A stretch of 60,288 nucleotides of DNA, from positions 44,584,571-44,644,858 of the forward strand of contig NC_068988.1 in the NCBI RefSeq assembly GCF_001194135.2, in the 5' to 3' direction. The notes under the pieces were generated by a model, which ran no database searches, was not told the origin of the DNA, and saw only the letters and a list, made by a program, of their open reading frames with translations. Positions 25,643 to 39,730 of this stretch are shown piece by piece. Both the position numbers and the translations under genes were made by a program. Source of the stretch: Octopus bimaculoides. Its lineage: Eukaryota. How positions within the stretch are numbered: position 1 is the first letter of the stretch; each line of letters begins with the position of its first letter.

Positions 25643-27825
25643 CGTGTGTNNNNNNNNNNNNNNNNNNNNNNNNNNNNNNNNNNNNNNNNNNNNNNNNNNN
25701 NNNNNNNNNNNNNNNNNNNNNNNNNNNNNNNNNNNNNNNNNNNNNNNNNTGGAGGAATTTATACAATTAGTTTGTGAGAATTCTAACAATAATATCCAAT
25801 CTTCTATAAACCTGTGATGAGTTACTTCGTTATTTTTGTGTTTATAGAGTAGTTGGAATGTTGCTGGTAGTGGGGAGGAGTTATTTTTGCTGTTCAGTCC
25901 CCTCATTTAATTGGTCATCTGTTGTTTTAAAATGTTTTTGGATGTTGTGATTCATGCATTACCCTGATGAAAACAGATATTTTTAATGATGTAATGTCTC
26001 CATAAATCAATTAAAAATTCATTGGAAACAATTGTAGTGGATTGACACATAATCAATTTGTTGTTATTTGTTTATTTATTATTCATCTCACTTGTACCCT
26101 GCTCCTTGTGTAGATCAGCTGGCAAAAATGAGTAATGCTATGACAGACCGGCATCCCATCCAGGTGAGAAATTTATATGCCATGAAACTGGGAAACCAGT
26201 TCTTATGAGCCTGTATGGTTCGAGAAGGTAACTTAACTAACTTTACTCAAGTTACAAGAAGGTAAATATAACAGAAGTGATATAGAGGAGTAGACAGGGT
26301 GAGTGAGTAGGTGTGTGGGTTCATGAGAGAGTGGCAGATGAATAAAGGGAATGTAGAGAGTGGCACACATTGGTGGAGGCATTGTCCAATTGTGAATATC
26401 ATGTGAAGATGGAGGAAGTAGGAGTGAGTCAAAGAGATGGTAGGTGGCTGGCCAGATGATATAAAATGCAAGAGGGTTGAGTGTAAGAGAGATGCACAGT
26501 GTTAGGGCAGGTGTGGTCAGTTATGGTGGTGGTGTTGGTGGTGGCGGTGGGGGGGGGATCTACTATTGCAACATGTTGTTGCATTCGCCATTTGTTGGTA
26601 TTTCCTTAGTCAACCCTCTGAGCAATGTCCCATCTCTGCAAGATAAATCCTTCATCCAGCATGATCATGTGGCATGTGGCTGACCAACACAGGCGGTCAC
26701 CCCAGCCGAATCCTTAGAAAAAAAAGAGCATGGTACACAAGTTCTCGCTCAGAAAATTAAGCAATATGACCTGACAGTGTGAGCTGATGCCTCTGAATTA
26801 TACAAGTAACAGCACTAAAGATGTACCAAATTACTATCAGATAAGTTGGCTCTGAAAGGTCAAAATTTTTTACTGTGTATACAGTGAAATAGTAGTAGTG
26901 TGATATAAACTACTAATGGTGTGACTAGTAGGTTGGTAGTGGGCCAAATGAGAAATTTGGGACAACTCCAAGGACTTCATACGAAGGTAACATAGCTAGG
27001 GTGAAGTTCTCATCTCTATAAGCTACACTTAGAGAAGGATTTGTACTCAGTAATGATAGCTAATGATATACTCATTAATTTTACTGTTCTTCTATTTACC
27101 TCCAATCACTGGGTCCTTCTTTGTACTGAACTTGTTCACTCAATCAAGAACAAGCTGTTTTAGCCAGGAATACTAAGTAATGACAGCAACAAAATATGAG
27201 CTGGCAAGCTTGCAGCTGATTCTCATGTACTCTATCAACTTGGCTATTAACTCACAGTCATACACACTCTCTATTTGTCATATGTCCACATACACAAACA
27301 AAACCACACTTATGTACACACATATACACATCCATAAACACATGCATATGCAATGCATTTTGTTCTCAGTACCATCCATCAATCAATCAATCAATCACAC
27401 ATTCACATAATTGAACACATGCATGCCATCACACCAACACATGCCAACTACAAATTTCCAAACAGTAACTATTGAAGTGAAATGAGTGGAATGAAGAAGA
27501 TCGAAGTTGTAGCAAACAAACACAACACAGACGCCATGACAAAATGGCCGACTAATAAAAACCAAAGAAGATGTTAGAAGATGCTGGCATTTAAGAGAAA
27601 TTAACCTCCAATTTTATTTCTTTGCTTTTTATATTACTTTAATCTATCTCACTTTTCAGTTCTCCTACTCCTTCAAATAATCTTGCTATAAACTTTTGCT
27701 TTGTGCTTCACAACTATCATCAGTAATTTATGCCATTTTCTTCTACTGATGTTTTCTTGTTTATTCGTCTGTTCCATTTATTCTATTTTATTTTATTCTA
27801 TTCTATTAAATTTATCTATTTTCCC

Positions 27826-27873
<48 letters not shown>

Positions 27874-28989
27874 GTATTTATTTGCTTGTTTGTTTGTTAG
27901 TGTTTTTCATTTATTATTCTATTGCTAATTTTCAATCATCTTTTTCAAATTTTTGGAATTTTTCCCAGAATATTTTTCCTTGCTTTTCATTTCAGTTTAT
28001 TTAAATTCCACTCACTTCACTCCTTCCTAGTTATCATCGCTGTCCTCATTATTATCATCATCGTCATCACCATTATCATCTCCCCTTGCCCTATCATCAT
28101 CATCATCATGACTACCATGAACCCCATGACGATGACGACGACGATGATGACGACGATTACAATGACGACGACGACCACCACCGCCATTGTCCTGTTTATC
28201 ACTGTTCTTGTGAAAATCACACACCAAATTTGTTCACAAGAAGTAATGCCAGTGAGTTGGTTTTCATTCCTATTTAGAGCTGTTCCTCTTACACTGCTAA
28301 TACATTTCATAAAGCCAGGAGCATGAGACAATCCCAGCACCATTGCTCTATGAATGTGTACCTTTGCACCAGCTAAATTAGAAATACATTCTTGGTCAGT
28401 TTTTTCTGATGGTTTAACAATTTTGCTAGTTTGCTGCTTTAGACAAGCTAATAATAATCCTTTCTGCTGGAAGTACAAGGCCTATAGTGGCCCTCTTTTC
28501 TAAACTGGTAGGAGATTTGACAGCAGTTTATAGCGGATTGAGTGACTCCATAGAGTCATATATCTGAGCCATTCTATGGAAGCTCTACTAATGCCAGTTT
28601 AGAGCAAAAGAGACCCAATTTGATAAAGGATAAATGTTTTCTACTTTGGTGATATGCTGTGCTTGAGAAGACTCATCAAGTCAAATGAAACTGTAGTTAT
28701 GGTGATGCCAGTGTCATATAACAAGCACCCATACCATCAAATGTGGGGCTTTCATCAGTTGTTGTGGGCGTTTTTTTTCTCTCTCTTCCATCTTTTCTCT
28801 TTTCAAAGAAAATATTTCTCCCAGCATTCACTATTTTCTTCTCATTCTGGTCTAACAACCTTCCATATTTGTTTTCACTCAGTTTTCTTGTATGTCTCCA
28901 CTGTCCTGCTTTTGTTCCCAACTTTGACCCTCCATAAACTCTAAATTTTATTTTAGAATTTATGGGAGCAACTGTCTTTGAAGACTCAT

Positions 28990-29160
28990 ATCGTTGTTGA
29001 ATGCTTGAAATGAGGAGTAGATAAACAACTGACAACTGATGAAGGGTCCCTTCTCTTTGTTTACTTGTCTTATTTTCCATTTTTCTCTCGTTTATGTAAT
29101 TAACTCCTTTGTCTACGTATTTCATGTTGGTGATGTCCCGTACCCATATATGCATATATA
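28990..29160 (+). mobile_element. Second member of the 4720-4899 repeat family
   Basis: Shares cttgaaa...agtagat...gacaaCTGATGAaggg and the distal gtcccgtaccc-atatatgcat end with the minus strand of 4720-4899. Confidence 0.45.
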
Positions 29161-29236
29161 TATANNNNNNNNNNNNNNNNNNNNNNNNNNNNNNNNNNNN
29201 NNNNNNNNNNNNNNNNNNNNNNNNNNNNNNNNNNNN

Positions 29237-29291
<55 letters not shown>

Positions 29292-30774
29292 CATACACAT
29301 ATATATATTAATTATTATTATTTAATTGAATGCCACACTCTATTTCCAAGTGTACACACACACACACATTAATACCAGTTATGCACTGGGGTTGATGTAA
29401 TTGACTTAATCCCTTCCTACAAATCTGAGGCCTTGTACTTCCAGCAGAAAGGATTATTATTAGCTTGTCTAAAGCAGCAAACTAGCAAAATTGTTAAACC
29501 ATCAGAAAAAATTATTTGTGGCATTTGGTCCGACTCTTTACTCTCTGAGTTCAAACCCCACCGAGGTTAACTTTGCCTTTCATTCCTCTGTGCTTGATGA
29601 TATAAGATAACAATTGAGTACTGGAATCAAAAGTATTGACTATTCTTACCCCTTAAAACTGCTTCTGATTTGGATGAATAATTATTATTAGCTCATCTCT
29701 TTAATCAAGTTGCATTCCTTGATCAAAGTTCTGAAGGACATTCATGTTAGGAATTATGAAAATTTCCAAAATCCTTGGCCTGACAGGTTACCAGAGGGAT
29801 AAAATCTACAAGCATATCCATGTTGCATGTCGGTAGAAGTTCCTGTTTAGCAATATTCAGGAAACTAGTTCTGAATGAGCATGATAACATCCTTGGGGTA
29901 AATGGTAGGCGCCAACAAGGATGAACTGACTCGGCTCTTGTGGAAAACTTTCAGGTCAAGGACTAATATGGATGCACAACTAGTTAGAGATAAATTCTAC
30001 TGAATGGAAAGTGCCATCAGATGCAACTCAGGAAGACAGGGACGCTACTCCCTGATACCCCTTTTGGAGCCCCACTACCTATCATTATTATTATTGTTGT
30101 TGTTGCTATTATTGTAAGTGAGCTGGTAGAACTGCTTGCATGCCAGACACAATGCTTAGTGGCATGTTGTCTGATTCTACGTTCCAAGTTCATATTCTAC
30201 AGAGGTCGACTTTGCCTTTCATCTTTTTAGGGTTGATCCTTTCATCCTTTTGATGTCAATGGAATAAATACCAGCTAAGTACTGGGGTTGATGTAATCAA
30301 CTATCCTCCCTCCTGCCAAATTTCAGGCCTTGTGCTTGTAATAGAAAGAATGATGATCATGATGATGATGTTTTTACCCAATCGGATGTACTTTTGTTCT
30401 CTCCATGAATTTTGGCTTTTTACCAAATGCAGTGAAAGGAAAACATTTTGAATAAATTTCTTCATAAATTACTTAAGGGTATCCTGGAATACTTTAGATA
30501 TCTTAAACCGAAGAAAACACAAAGTCTGTCTGATTTGAGCATTTTCTAAAATATAATTTTGTTTTGTTTTCATTCAACTTAAGGTGATTCCTCACCTGAA
30601 AAAAAACAAAAAAAAAACATCCACCAGTTGTGCAAAGGAGTGCAACAGCACAAGAAAAATAAAGAAGATTAAATATACATGAGAATGTATGCATGCAACA
30701 CTGCAAAAGGAAGACATTTTGACAAGTAATTAATAAAGTGGAAGAGTTCCAACGATATTGTTAACAACAAAATG

Positions 30775-30852
<78 letters not shown>

Positions 30853-31132
30853 ACACACTAGTTTTGACAAATGAAGACAAACTGATGAAAAAAATTAAAT
30901 TTTCTTAAATTAATGCAGCTAATCATAACACATGCTGGACCTGCATTGGCTGCCTGCAAAAAAAAAAAAACACTCCTTGGTAAAATTATGTGATTAGGAA
31001 AGACATGTCTTTTGTCAGAGCTCTTCATTTGAGAGCTAGAGGGAAGAAGGGTTCTGTACTTCTGCATTGACAAGAGCAAAACAGTTTTCCCTCTGCAGTG
31101 AATAGAATAACTGGAAGTAGTCCTGGCCAATG

Positions 31133-31572
31133 TTCTTTTATTCTTTTATTCTTTTACTTGTTTCAGTCATTTGACTATGGCCATGCTGGAGCACTGCCTT
31201 TAGTCGAACAAATCAGCCCCAAGACTTGTTCTTTGTAAGCCTAGTACTGACTCTATCAGTCTCTTTTTCCAAACCACTAAGTTATGGAGACGTAAACACA
31301 CCAACATCGGTTGTCAAACGATGGTGGGGTGACAAATACAGACACACAAATACATACATACATACAAACACACACACATACATACATACATACATACATA
31401 CATACATACATACAGCGAGCTTCTTTCAGTTTCTGTCTATCAAATCCACTCACAAGTCTTTGGTCAGCCCGAGGCTATAGTATAAGACACTTGCCCAAGG
31501 TGCCATGCAGTGAGACTGAACCTGGAACCATGTAGTTGGGAAGCAAGCTTCTTATCACACAGCCACGCCTGT
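31133..31572 (-). mobile_element. SINE family A
   Basis: Colinear with 54375-54812, with an internal (CATA)n. Confidence 0.85.
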
Positions 31573-33683
31573 GTGGATGAATATTTCTTTTATTTATTGG
31601 GGGAGGGTTTATGGAATCATATAACTATGTTTCAGAACTGAAGATAAATGATGAAAAAAAACCAAGCCAAGTTTGTATGTCATATATCTGTTTATACACT
31701 GGTATCCCAATTCACAATGCATGTGATGACACAATATTCATATCATGGAGTAAATAATGGTAATAGCCTTGCACATTGCACCATCATCAATTTTGTAGTA
31801 AAGTATGAGAAAGTGGTGAGAACTGTCGTAACCAGAAATGACACGTGGATAGTCGTGGCCTCAAAGGATATACATACCATAATAACCTTGGCAAATCACA
31901 GTGGTATTCTAGAGCTGTGTTCCACTAAGGATACAGAAGGAAGAGCAATGAAAGTGATGGTGCAAGAAAGAAGGCTGGCTGATACACATGTGGTTGTAGT
32001 GACCATTTGATGATTTTCTGCTGGAAGAATGTGAGAAACCAAACAAACAGAGAACATTAGAAACAACCAACAACAACAACAACAACAGCAACAACAACGG
32101 GCTACTAATCATCTACTATGATAATACTCTTGTGTTTTTCTCAATCACAACATATGAATGAGAAAGGAAGGGATGATGGATGAATAAGGAAGGAAGGGGT
32201 GATGGCAAACTAGTAGTGGGAACATTTGAACTCTGTGTGAGTATATGTGTGTGTATGTAAAAGGGAGGTATGTGAATGTTTGTGTGTGTGTGTGTGTGTG
32301 TGCAATGGAAGTGGGATGGTGAACATTCAACACTGAAAAGAAAAATCAAACAATGTTTCAACCCTGTGTGAGTATATGTGTGTATGTGTTTGCATGTACA
32401 AAGGAAGAATGCAAATGTTTGCATGTGTAAACCAGCATTCTTTCAGTAACAAACAATGATCGATGTCACATCTCAAAAGACAATCTCTAGACAACATTGA
32501 AAGGTGCATTAATTTGATTTACTATCCATGGCTCAACAGCCCTCGCCGTTTGTTTATACTGTCTTGTTCTCACTGTCCTGTTCTTGTTAGCACTTTCACC
32601 CTCTGCAAAAAATCCTAAATTTATTTAATTTGCTTTGCGGGAAGGACTGTTTCAACGAAGTCACGGAGTAGATGAAACAGGGACAAATGACGAAGTGGTA
32701 TACTCTTTATGTTGCATGTCTCATTTCTCTGTTTGTTTTTTTCATTGTTTGAAAAATGTTCGTTTTCTATGTTTTCGTTTTTACGTTTTAATTTCTCATT
32801 GTATTTAACATTTTTTGATGTCCTCTATGCATATATGCATGTATGTATACATATAGATGTAGGTATGTACATATATGTATGGATATATGCATATATTTAT
32901 ATGTTATTTATATTATATATNNNNNNNNNNNNNNNNNNNNNNNNNNNNNNNNNNNNNNNNNNNNNNNNNNNNNNNNNNNNNNNNNNNNNNNNNNNNNNNN
33001 NNNNNNNNNNNNNNNNNNNNNNNNNNNNNNNNNNNNNNNNNNNNNNNNNNTATATATATATATATATATATCAGACTATGGATGACTAAATTACAGCAGA
33101 TATATAGCTCATTGTTTGTATTATAGTGCATCGTTGTACCATTCAAAACTTTTTATTCTTTATATATATATATATATATGACATTTACCACATGAACTAC
33201 GGTGTAAAAATCATGGGAAAGATATGGTATATAATTTTTTTGGTGCAGGGGTTCCTTGAGACATGTAATTTATTTGAAGGGTTATGAAAGGGAAAAATGG
33301 TTGCGCAACATTGCTCTATAAGTTTGACAGCCGATCATGTGGCAAATGAAGTACTAGTAAAGATTTAAATTACATACATGGGCAAAACCACAGAATAGAT
33401 TCAATGTCTCCTCATACTGAAGAAGTTTTAAGTTATGGACGTATGGTTTTGAATACTTTTGAACATAATTTTATTTAGCTTACAATCAAATCAAGATGAT
33501 TTCTCACCATCAAAGCAACACTTATAAAAAAATGAACATCAATGCAACAACATGTTAAAAGGAAAGAATTTTATTTATATAGCAGAATGTATGCATTGAA
33601 CACGGGAAAATAATGGCTTTTTTAACAGTTAATAATTTCTTACATAGACATATTGGATCAAATTTAGCAGTTAATTGATTATA

Positions 33684-34190
33684 CAGGCTGTCCCAAAAGT
33701 CACTGATGGGTTTCAATTTTTAATAACTTCCTTAACTTTACAAACAAATGCATGAAATTTTGATACAATATAAATGACATAAGGGAAATTAATGTATATA
33801 AGTCAAATTTTGCAACACCTCTACATCACATAGGAAAAATGACATCACTTAAATGGCAGCCATTTTCGGTTTCACATGTCTGTGCTCTTTCGAAAACTTG
33901 CACCATAGCACCCTCAAGAGTTTCAGACCCCACTTCTCTAATTTCTCTATTGATGTTCTCCTTCAGTTGCACCAGGGTCTCCAGTTTATTGATGTAAACC
34001 CTCTCTTCAGGTATCCTCACAAGAAAAAATCCAGGCTAGCCAAGTCTGGGGAATGTGAAAGTCAGTTGACATTGCCATAGCAGGAGATTATTCTCTTTAC
34101 AAAGCACTGCCATAGCAAATGCATTGTTTCTCTTGTGGTATGAGCGGTTGCTCCATCATGCTTGAACCATGTACGAGGTCTACTTTGAAA
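33684..34190 (-). mobile_element. Tc1/mariner DD41D (rosa/Visitor-type) 3' fragment with TIR
   Basis: WFKHDGATAH...N*LSHSPDLASLDFFL*GYL has 41 residues between the 2nd and 3rd Asp. C-terminus is ERVYINKLETLVQLKENI...NGCHLSDVIF. TA plus TIR caggctgtcccaaaagt at 33682-33700. Truncated by a SINE. Confidence 0.85.
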
Positions 34191-34252
34191 GGCTTTTGTG
34201 AGTAGATTTGGTAGACGGAAACTGAAGAAGCCCTTCATACACACACATACAC

Positions 34253-34298
<46 letters not shown>

Positions 34299-34520
34299 TT
34301 ATATGTTTGTGTGTTTGTGTTTGTCCCCCGACCATCACTTGACAACTGATGTGCTGTGTCTACGTCCCTGTAACTTAGCAGTTCAGCAAAAGAGACCCAT
34401 GGAATAAGTACTAGGCTTACAAAAAATAAGTCCTGGGGGTAGATTTGTTCGACTAAAGGCAGTGCTGCAACATGGCCGCAGCCAAATGATTGAAACAAAT
34501 AAAAGAATAAAAGAATACAA
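34190..34520 (+). mobile_element. SINE family A, 3' two-thirds
   Basis: gtagatttggtagacggaaactgaag...(CA)n...taaaagaataaaagaata. Confidence 0.8.
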
Positions 34521-35324
34521 GAATAAGCCTGTGCTCTCTTTATTTACTGCTCTCTACTTGAATCACATCTGTGTTTACATATTCATTTAATTATTTTGTA
34601 TTATTAAAACAATTAAATGACTCATTATATCATGTAATAACTCTTTATGTTCTGAGTTCACGTTCCTCTGATGTTAAATGTGACATTCATTCATTTGGAA
34701 TTGATAACATAAGTATCAGTTAATTAAATGAAGCAGATTGCAGACTCTTTAATTACATATTGCCTATTTTGGTAATGTTTACTTCAAAATTAAAATTCTA
34801 CTTGCATTATCTCTTTTTAATTAGATCCATCCACAGTTAGAAAAAAAACAAAAACTGATTTATACTAAGATTTTCTATGAACTGTAACTCCTTACTAAAT
34901 GCACTGTGGTATCCATGATATGAAGCACAAAGTTGACTTGAATCAGATTTGAACCTGAAGCACAAAGTTGCATGTATATATATATATATATATATTGTTA
35001 TTGTTGCATTTTTAATGGCTTAGTCAGTATCCATGGCTGTTTTCTAATGATTTCATGGAAAAGCTCCCCACCTCTTTCTTTCCATCATGGCTAGTGGAAA
35101 GAAGAAAGGAACTTATCCTCAGACCAGGAACATTAACCAAACACTTACGAAAGAATAAACTTCCCAAAAAGCACCTAATAGTCAAGTAGTAGTGGTAACC
35201 AGATGGCGAAACGAACCTGGGTCAGCCCTGATTTAGCTGACCTGTGATCAGAAACATTCCAGTCATGATCATCCTAATTTTTGTTTCCTAGACATTGTAT
35301 ATGAGACAATATTATCTACTGGGT

Positions 35325-35757
35325 AAGGTGGTGATCTGACAGAAACGTTAGCACACTGAGCAAAATGCTTAGTGGTATTTCGTCTGCCGCTATGTTCTGA
35401 GTTCAAATTCCGCTGAGGTTGGCTTTGCCTTTCATCTTTTCAGGGTCGATTAAATAAGTACCAGTTATGCACTGGGGTCGATGTAATCGACTTAATCCCT
35501 TTGTCTGTCCTTGTTTGTCCCTTCTATGTTTAGCCCCTTGTGGGCAATAAAGAAATAAGCGTTAGCATGCTGGGCAAAATGCTTAGCGGTATTTCGTCTG
35601 TCTTTACGTTCTGAGTTTAAATTCCGCCAAGATTGACTTTGCCTTTCATCCTTTCAAGGTTGATAAATTAAGTACCAGTTGTGTACTGGGGGCGATCTAA
35701 TTGACTGACCCCCTCCCCCAAAATTTCGGGCCTTGTGCTTAGAGTAGAGAAGAATAT
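35325..35757 (+). mobile_element. Two head-to-tail family B SINEs with different 3' ends
   Basis: cgttagca...aaatgcttag occurs at ~35346 and ~35560. The tails differ (aaagaaataag versus agaagaatatt). Confidence 0.8.
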
Positions 35758-38700
35758 TACCTACCTGGTCCATCCTGTTTTCTATAGTTGTAAGATGTGA
35801 TTTGAACAAGATCTGACTGCTCTGTCAATGTAACTGGCATTTCTTTTTTATCATTATTCCTGAAGCACAGGATAGCAAGCTGGTAGAATTATTAACATGC
35901 AAGCAAAATATTTAGTTGTATTTCTTCCAGGTTTTCCCATTCAAATCTTGCTGAGGTCAACTTTGACTTTTGTCTTTTTAGGGGTCAATAAAATAAAATA
36001 CCAGTCAAGAACCAGGGTCAATGTTATCGATTATCCACCTCCCTTTGAAATTGCTGGCTCCTTTTCCCAAATTTGAAACCATTATTCATGAGACATCTTA
36101 TATTCTGGATCTTTCTATTTCTATTTTATATTTGAATAGTTTCTTCATTCCTTCTATATATCATTATTTTTTGGAGTCAGTACATCAATTAGATGTTTCT
36201 TTTCCCTGGTAGACTTTACATGGATGATTTTTCTGTATTTTCTTTCTGTTTTCTCTTTGGCAAAATATTTGGGGTATTAGCATTAATCTTCCTGTCTGTG
36301 CATTTTGTTCTATAAATATTCCATAATGCTAGCATAATTTCAAGTGTATGAAACCTTCACCTCTATAACATCTTTATATACTCAGTGCAGGCATGACTGT
36401 GTGGTTAAGAAGTTTTCTTCTCAACCACATGGTTTGGGGTTCAGACCCAGTATGTGTGTGCTACCTTGGCCAAGAGTCTTCTACTATAGTCCTAAGCTGA
36501 AGAAAGCCTTGTGAGTGGATTTAGTAGATGGAAGCTGACAGAAACTTGTCATATATGTACATATGTATATATGTTTGTATACATGTGTATGTGCTTTCTT
36601 GTTTTGACACAATGTGATAGTTGTAAACAAGCATCATTCACTTCCAATTTTCCATGGAAACATATCTGGCCAAGAGACTCGACAATGGAAATGGCATCAA
36701 GCCATAGAAACTCTGCCTCAATGAATTCTATCTGATCCATGCCAGCATGGAAACGTGAACAATGAAAACAATGATGATTTTCATAAGATTCTACAGTTAG
36801 ATGTACTCCGCTGAATAATATGTTTTTGGCATTTTCTACTGGGAAGGCTTTAGTCTTCTAATATTAAGGAAGACCATTTGGTCCTAGCTTCATGTTTTGG
36901 ACTCCTCAGCCAATGTTGAGATTACCCATTTCTTTCTTTATCCACTTCTACATAATCCTGTATTACCATGTAAAAGCAGTGCTGGGGTTTTCCTTGCTGT
37001 TGTCATAACATGACATTCTATAATCGCATTTTTAACTTCATTTTTAGTGTTGTTTAATAGCGTCCATTATTGTTTCTTTGTCCTCCTCTCAACTGTCTGT
37101 TATCCCAAGCACCTGTTTTCATATATGTTCACTTTTCTGAAGATAGAAAATCCCCTTTTGTATTTTTCAAGATTTGTTGTTATTTGTATTAGTTCCTTAT
37201 GGTTTTTAATAATCATATGGTAGATATTTTATAATGTTTTTCTTGTTGTACAAGATCTCTAAATCTTTGTGTTTGTGACAAATGCAATCTTCCCATGTCA
37301 GCTTTAGGGTAATCAATTCTAAATCATGTTATTTTTCTTGTTTTCTTTTCTTTAGGGAAAGAATGGTAGAACATAGGACAAGATGCTTTGTAAAGTTCAG
37401 TGACTTCCTTCTATGCTCTGAGTTCAAATGCTGCTAATGTTGCCTTTCATCCATCTGGGATCAAAAAACAAATTCTGTGAATTGATGTTCATATAATTGA
37501 CTGTACCCCTCCCCCCCCCCCAAAAAAAAATGTGGCCTTGTGTCTCCTTGTGTAAGAAATTATTATATGAGGGATCAGTGGGGCATAACTGGGACATATG
37601 CTAGACATCATTGATGGAGCTGAGTGTCTCACTATAGACAGTTGAAGTTTTTCTGTGGTCAGCTTTTGCATTTCATTCATCCAGGGTAAATAAACAAAGA
37701 TATGTTGTCGTCATCATCATCATTGTCATTGTCATCAAAATCACTGTCATACTGGCACGAGTTGGCTGGTTTGACCAGAGCTGACAAGCTGTAGAGCTGT
37801 ACCAGGTTCCACCCCGATTCAGCTTGGTTTCGATGGCTGGATGCCCTTCTTAATGCCAACCATTTTACAGAGTGTGCTGGGTACTTTTTACATGGTACCA
37901 GCACCTCTGCTGGGTATTTGTAAGTGAACTGGTATGGGTGCTTGTTATGTGAACTGGCATATGTATCAGTAGATATTATGAGTTCTTGCCAGAGTTCTTT
38001 TGTTTCATATCATGTGACCACTTTGATATATCAGCAGACTAACAATAAAACTAAACAATTTGAAAAAGACAATGCCATAAGACTTTAATAAAATGAAAAT
38101 AGTTCTTGTGTTAAACAACAAACCAAGTTTGACCTTTCATTGGAACTGATTTCCTTGATTATTATTATGTATGGGAAATTCATGAGTATCAGAACATCAT
38201 CTTCTATAAATCAGAAAATTTTAATGAAAGAAATTTTTATTATTTTGGCCTCATGCCTATGTAACAAAAACATTTTCTATTTCTAAACAGTAATTTTCGA
38301 AATTTATTAAAAAAAAATTTTTTACTCATTAACTTAATTGAATTTAATTCTAATCTTCAATTATATTTTGTTGTGTTTATTTACAGAAAGTTACACTAAA
38401 TTTTCTTATTAACTTTTTATTAACTGAGGTGAAATCCTGCTGTTATCTGTGTAGCCTTTCATAGAACAGGTGTCTATAAATTGAATACGTCTAGTCCTGC
38501 TGAGAAGATATAAAATGGCTGAGGTGTTCAGAGACCACCAGTTCAAATCCACTGCAGGTGGTGCATCATATTTTTGGTAAGAATATTAAATTCTAAATTG
38601 TATCTGTTCAGTAAATTTATGCTTTTATTTAATTCAGTCATTGGACTACGACCATGCTAGTGCAGTGAATCAAAATGTTTAGTTGATGAAATCAACCTCA

Positions 38701-38820
38701 GTATTTATTTAAAGTTTGATATTTATTCTGTTGATCTCTGTTTGCTGAATTGCTAAGTTAAGAATGTAAAGACTAGTTGTTAAGCAGTAAGAGACAAACC
38801 CAAAATGAATGACATACATA

Positions 38821-39730
38821 TTGGGTTATCCCATAAATAATGCGTTTTTTTTCAGTTGCATGAACTAAAAGTCAGAGCGGGATGGGATAAACTACCTGCA
38901 TCAACTTGCTATAAAAACAGGTTGTAATTTTACCTTGTCCTTATTCTTAGTGCAAGTTTTGAAAAGTGCAGTTCGATTTTAACAGTTATTTTTTCAAAGC
39001 TATAATAAAAGTGACAAAGGAGCATATTTGGCATATTTTGCTTTATGAATTCAATAAAGGCAACAACACAATGAAAAGTGTGAGGAATATTGAAGCAGTA
39101 TATGGGGAACAGATAATAAGCATAAGACAGTTTCAATGGTGGTTCCAGAAATTCTGAACCAGAAATTACAGGCTAGAAGTCAAGTCTCATCCTGGAAGGT
39201 CTGTAGAGCTCAATGAGGATGTTCTGCAAACCCTGGTAGACCAAAATCCCATCGTAACTGTTGAGGAACTAACGAGAAGCTTGGATTTGGTCATTTAACC
39301 ATTTATTGACACCTGTGTGCCATCAGAAAAGTCAACAAATTGGGTCTATGGGTTCCTCACAAACTTTCCGAGTTTAATTCTGTGCAGAAAGTGAATGTGT
39401 GCTCTTCTTTGCTGTCACATCTCACGAATGAACATTTTTTGGAGCGAATAGTGATTGGTGATGAGAAATGGGTTCTCTATAAAAGTGTCAAGCACCGAAG
39501 ACAGTGGGTAGGGAAAGGAAAAGCATCGGCACCCCAGGCTAAAGAAGGTTTTCACCCACATAAGGTGTTGTTATGAAAGGTTTGGGATATGAAATGTTTA
39601 GTCCACTTTGAACTTTTGAAGCCAAACAAACGATAACAAAGGAGATCTACTGCGAGCAGCTTAAGTCATTGCTAGGAGAAAAATGACCATCTTTGGTTTC
39701 AAGACAAAAGGTGTTCTTCCATCAGGATAA
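38821..39730 (+). mobile_element. Mariner (DD34D-type) transposon, 3' truncated and frameshifted
   Basis: TA followed by TIR ttgggttatcccataaataatgcg. Translation includes KEHIWHILLYEFNKG...YGEQ...QWWFQKF, LWVPHKL, RIVIGDEKWVLY, HPHKVLL and FHQD. Confidence 0.92.

Noticed and set aside
31648-32010. 120-aa plus-strand ORF in non-repetitive DNA
   Set aside because: No recognisable motif, splice context or composition signal. A minus-strand acceptor near 32010 gives only short closed frames.
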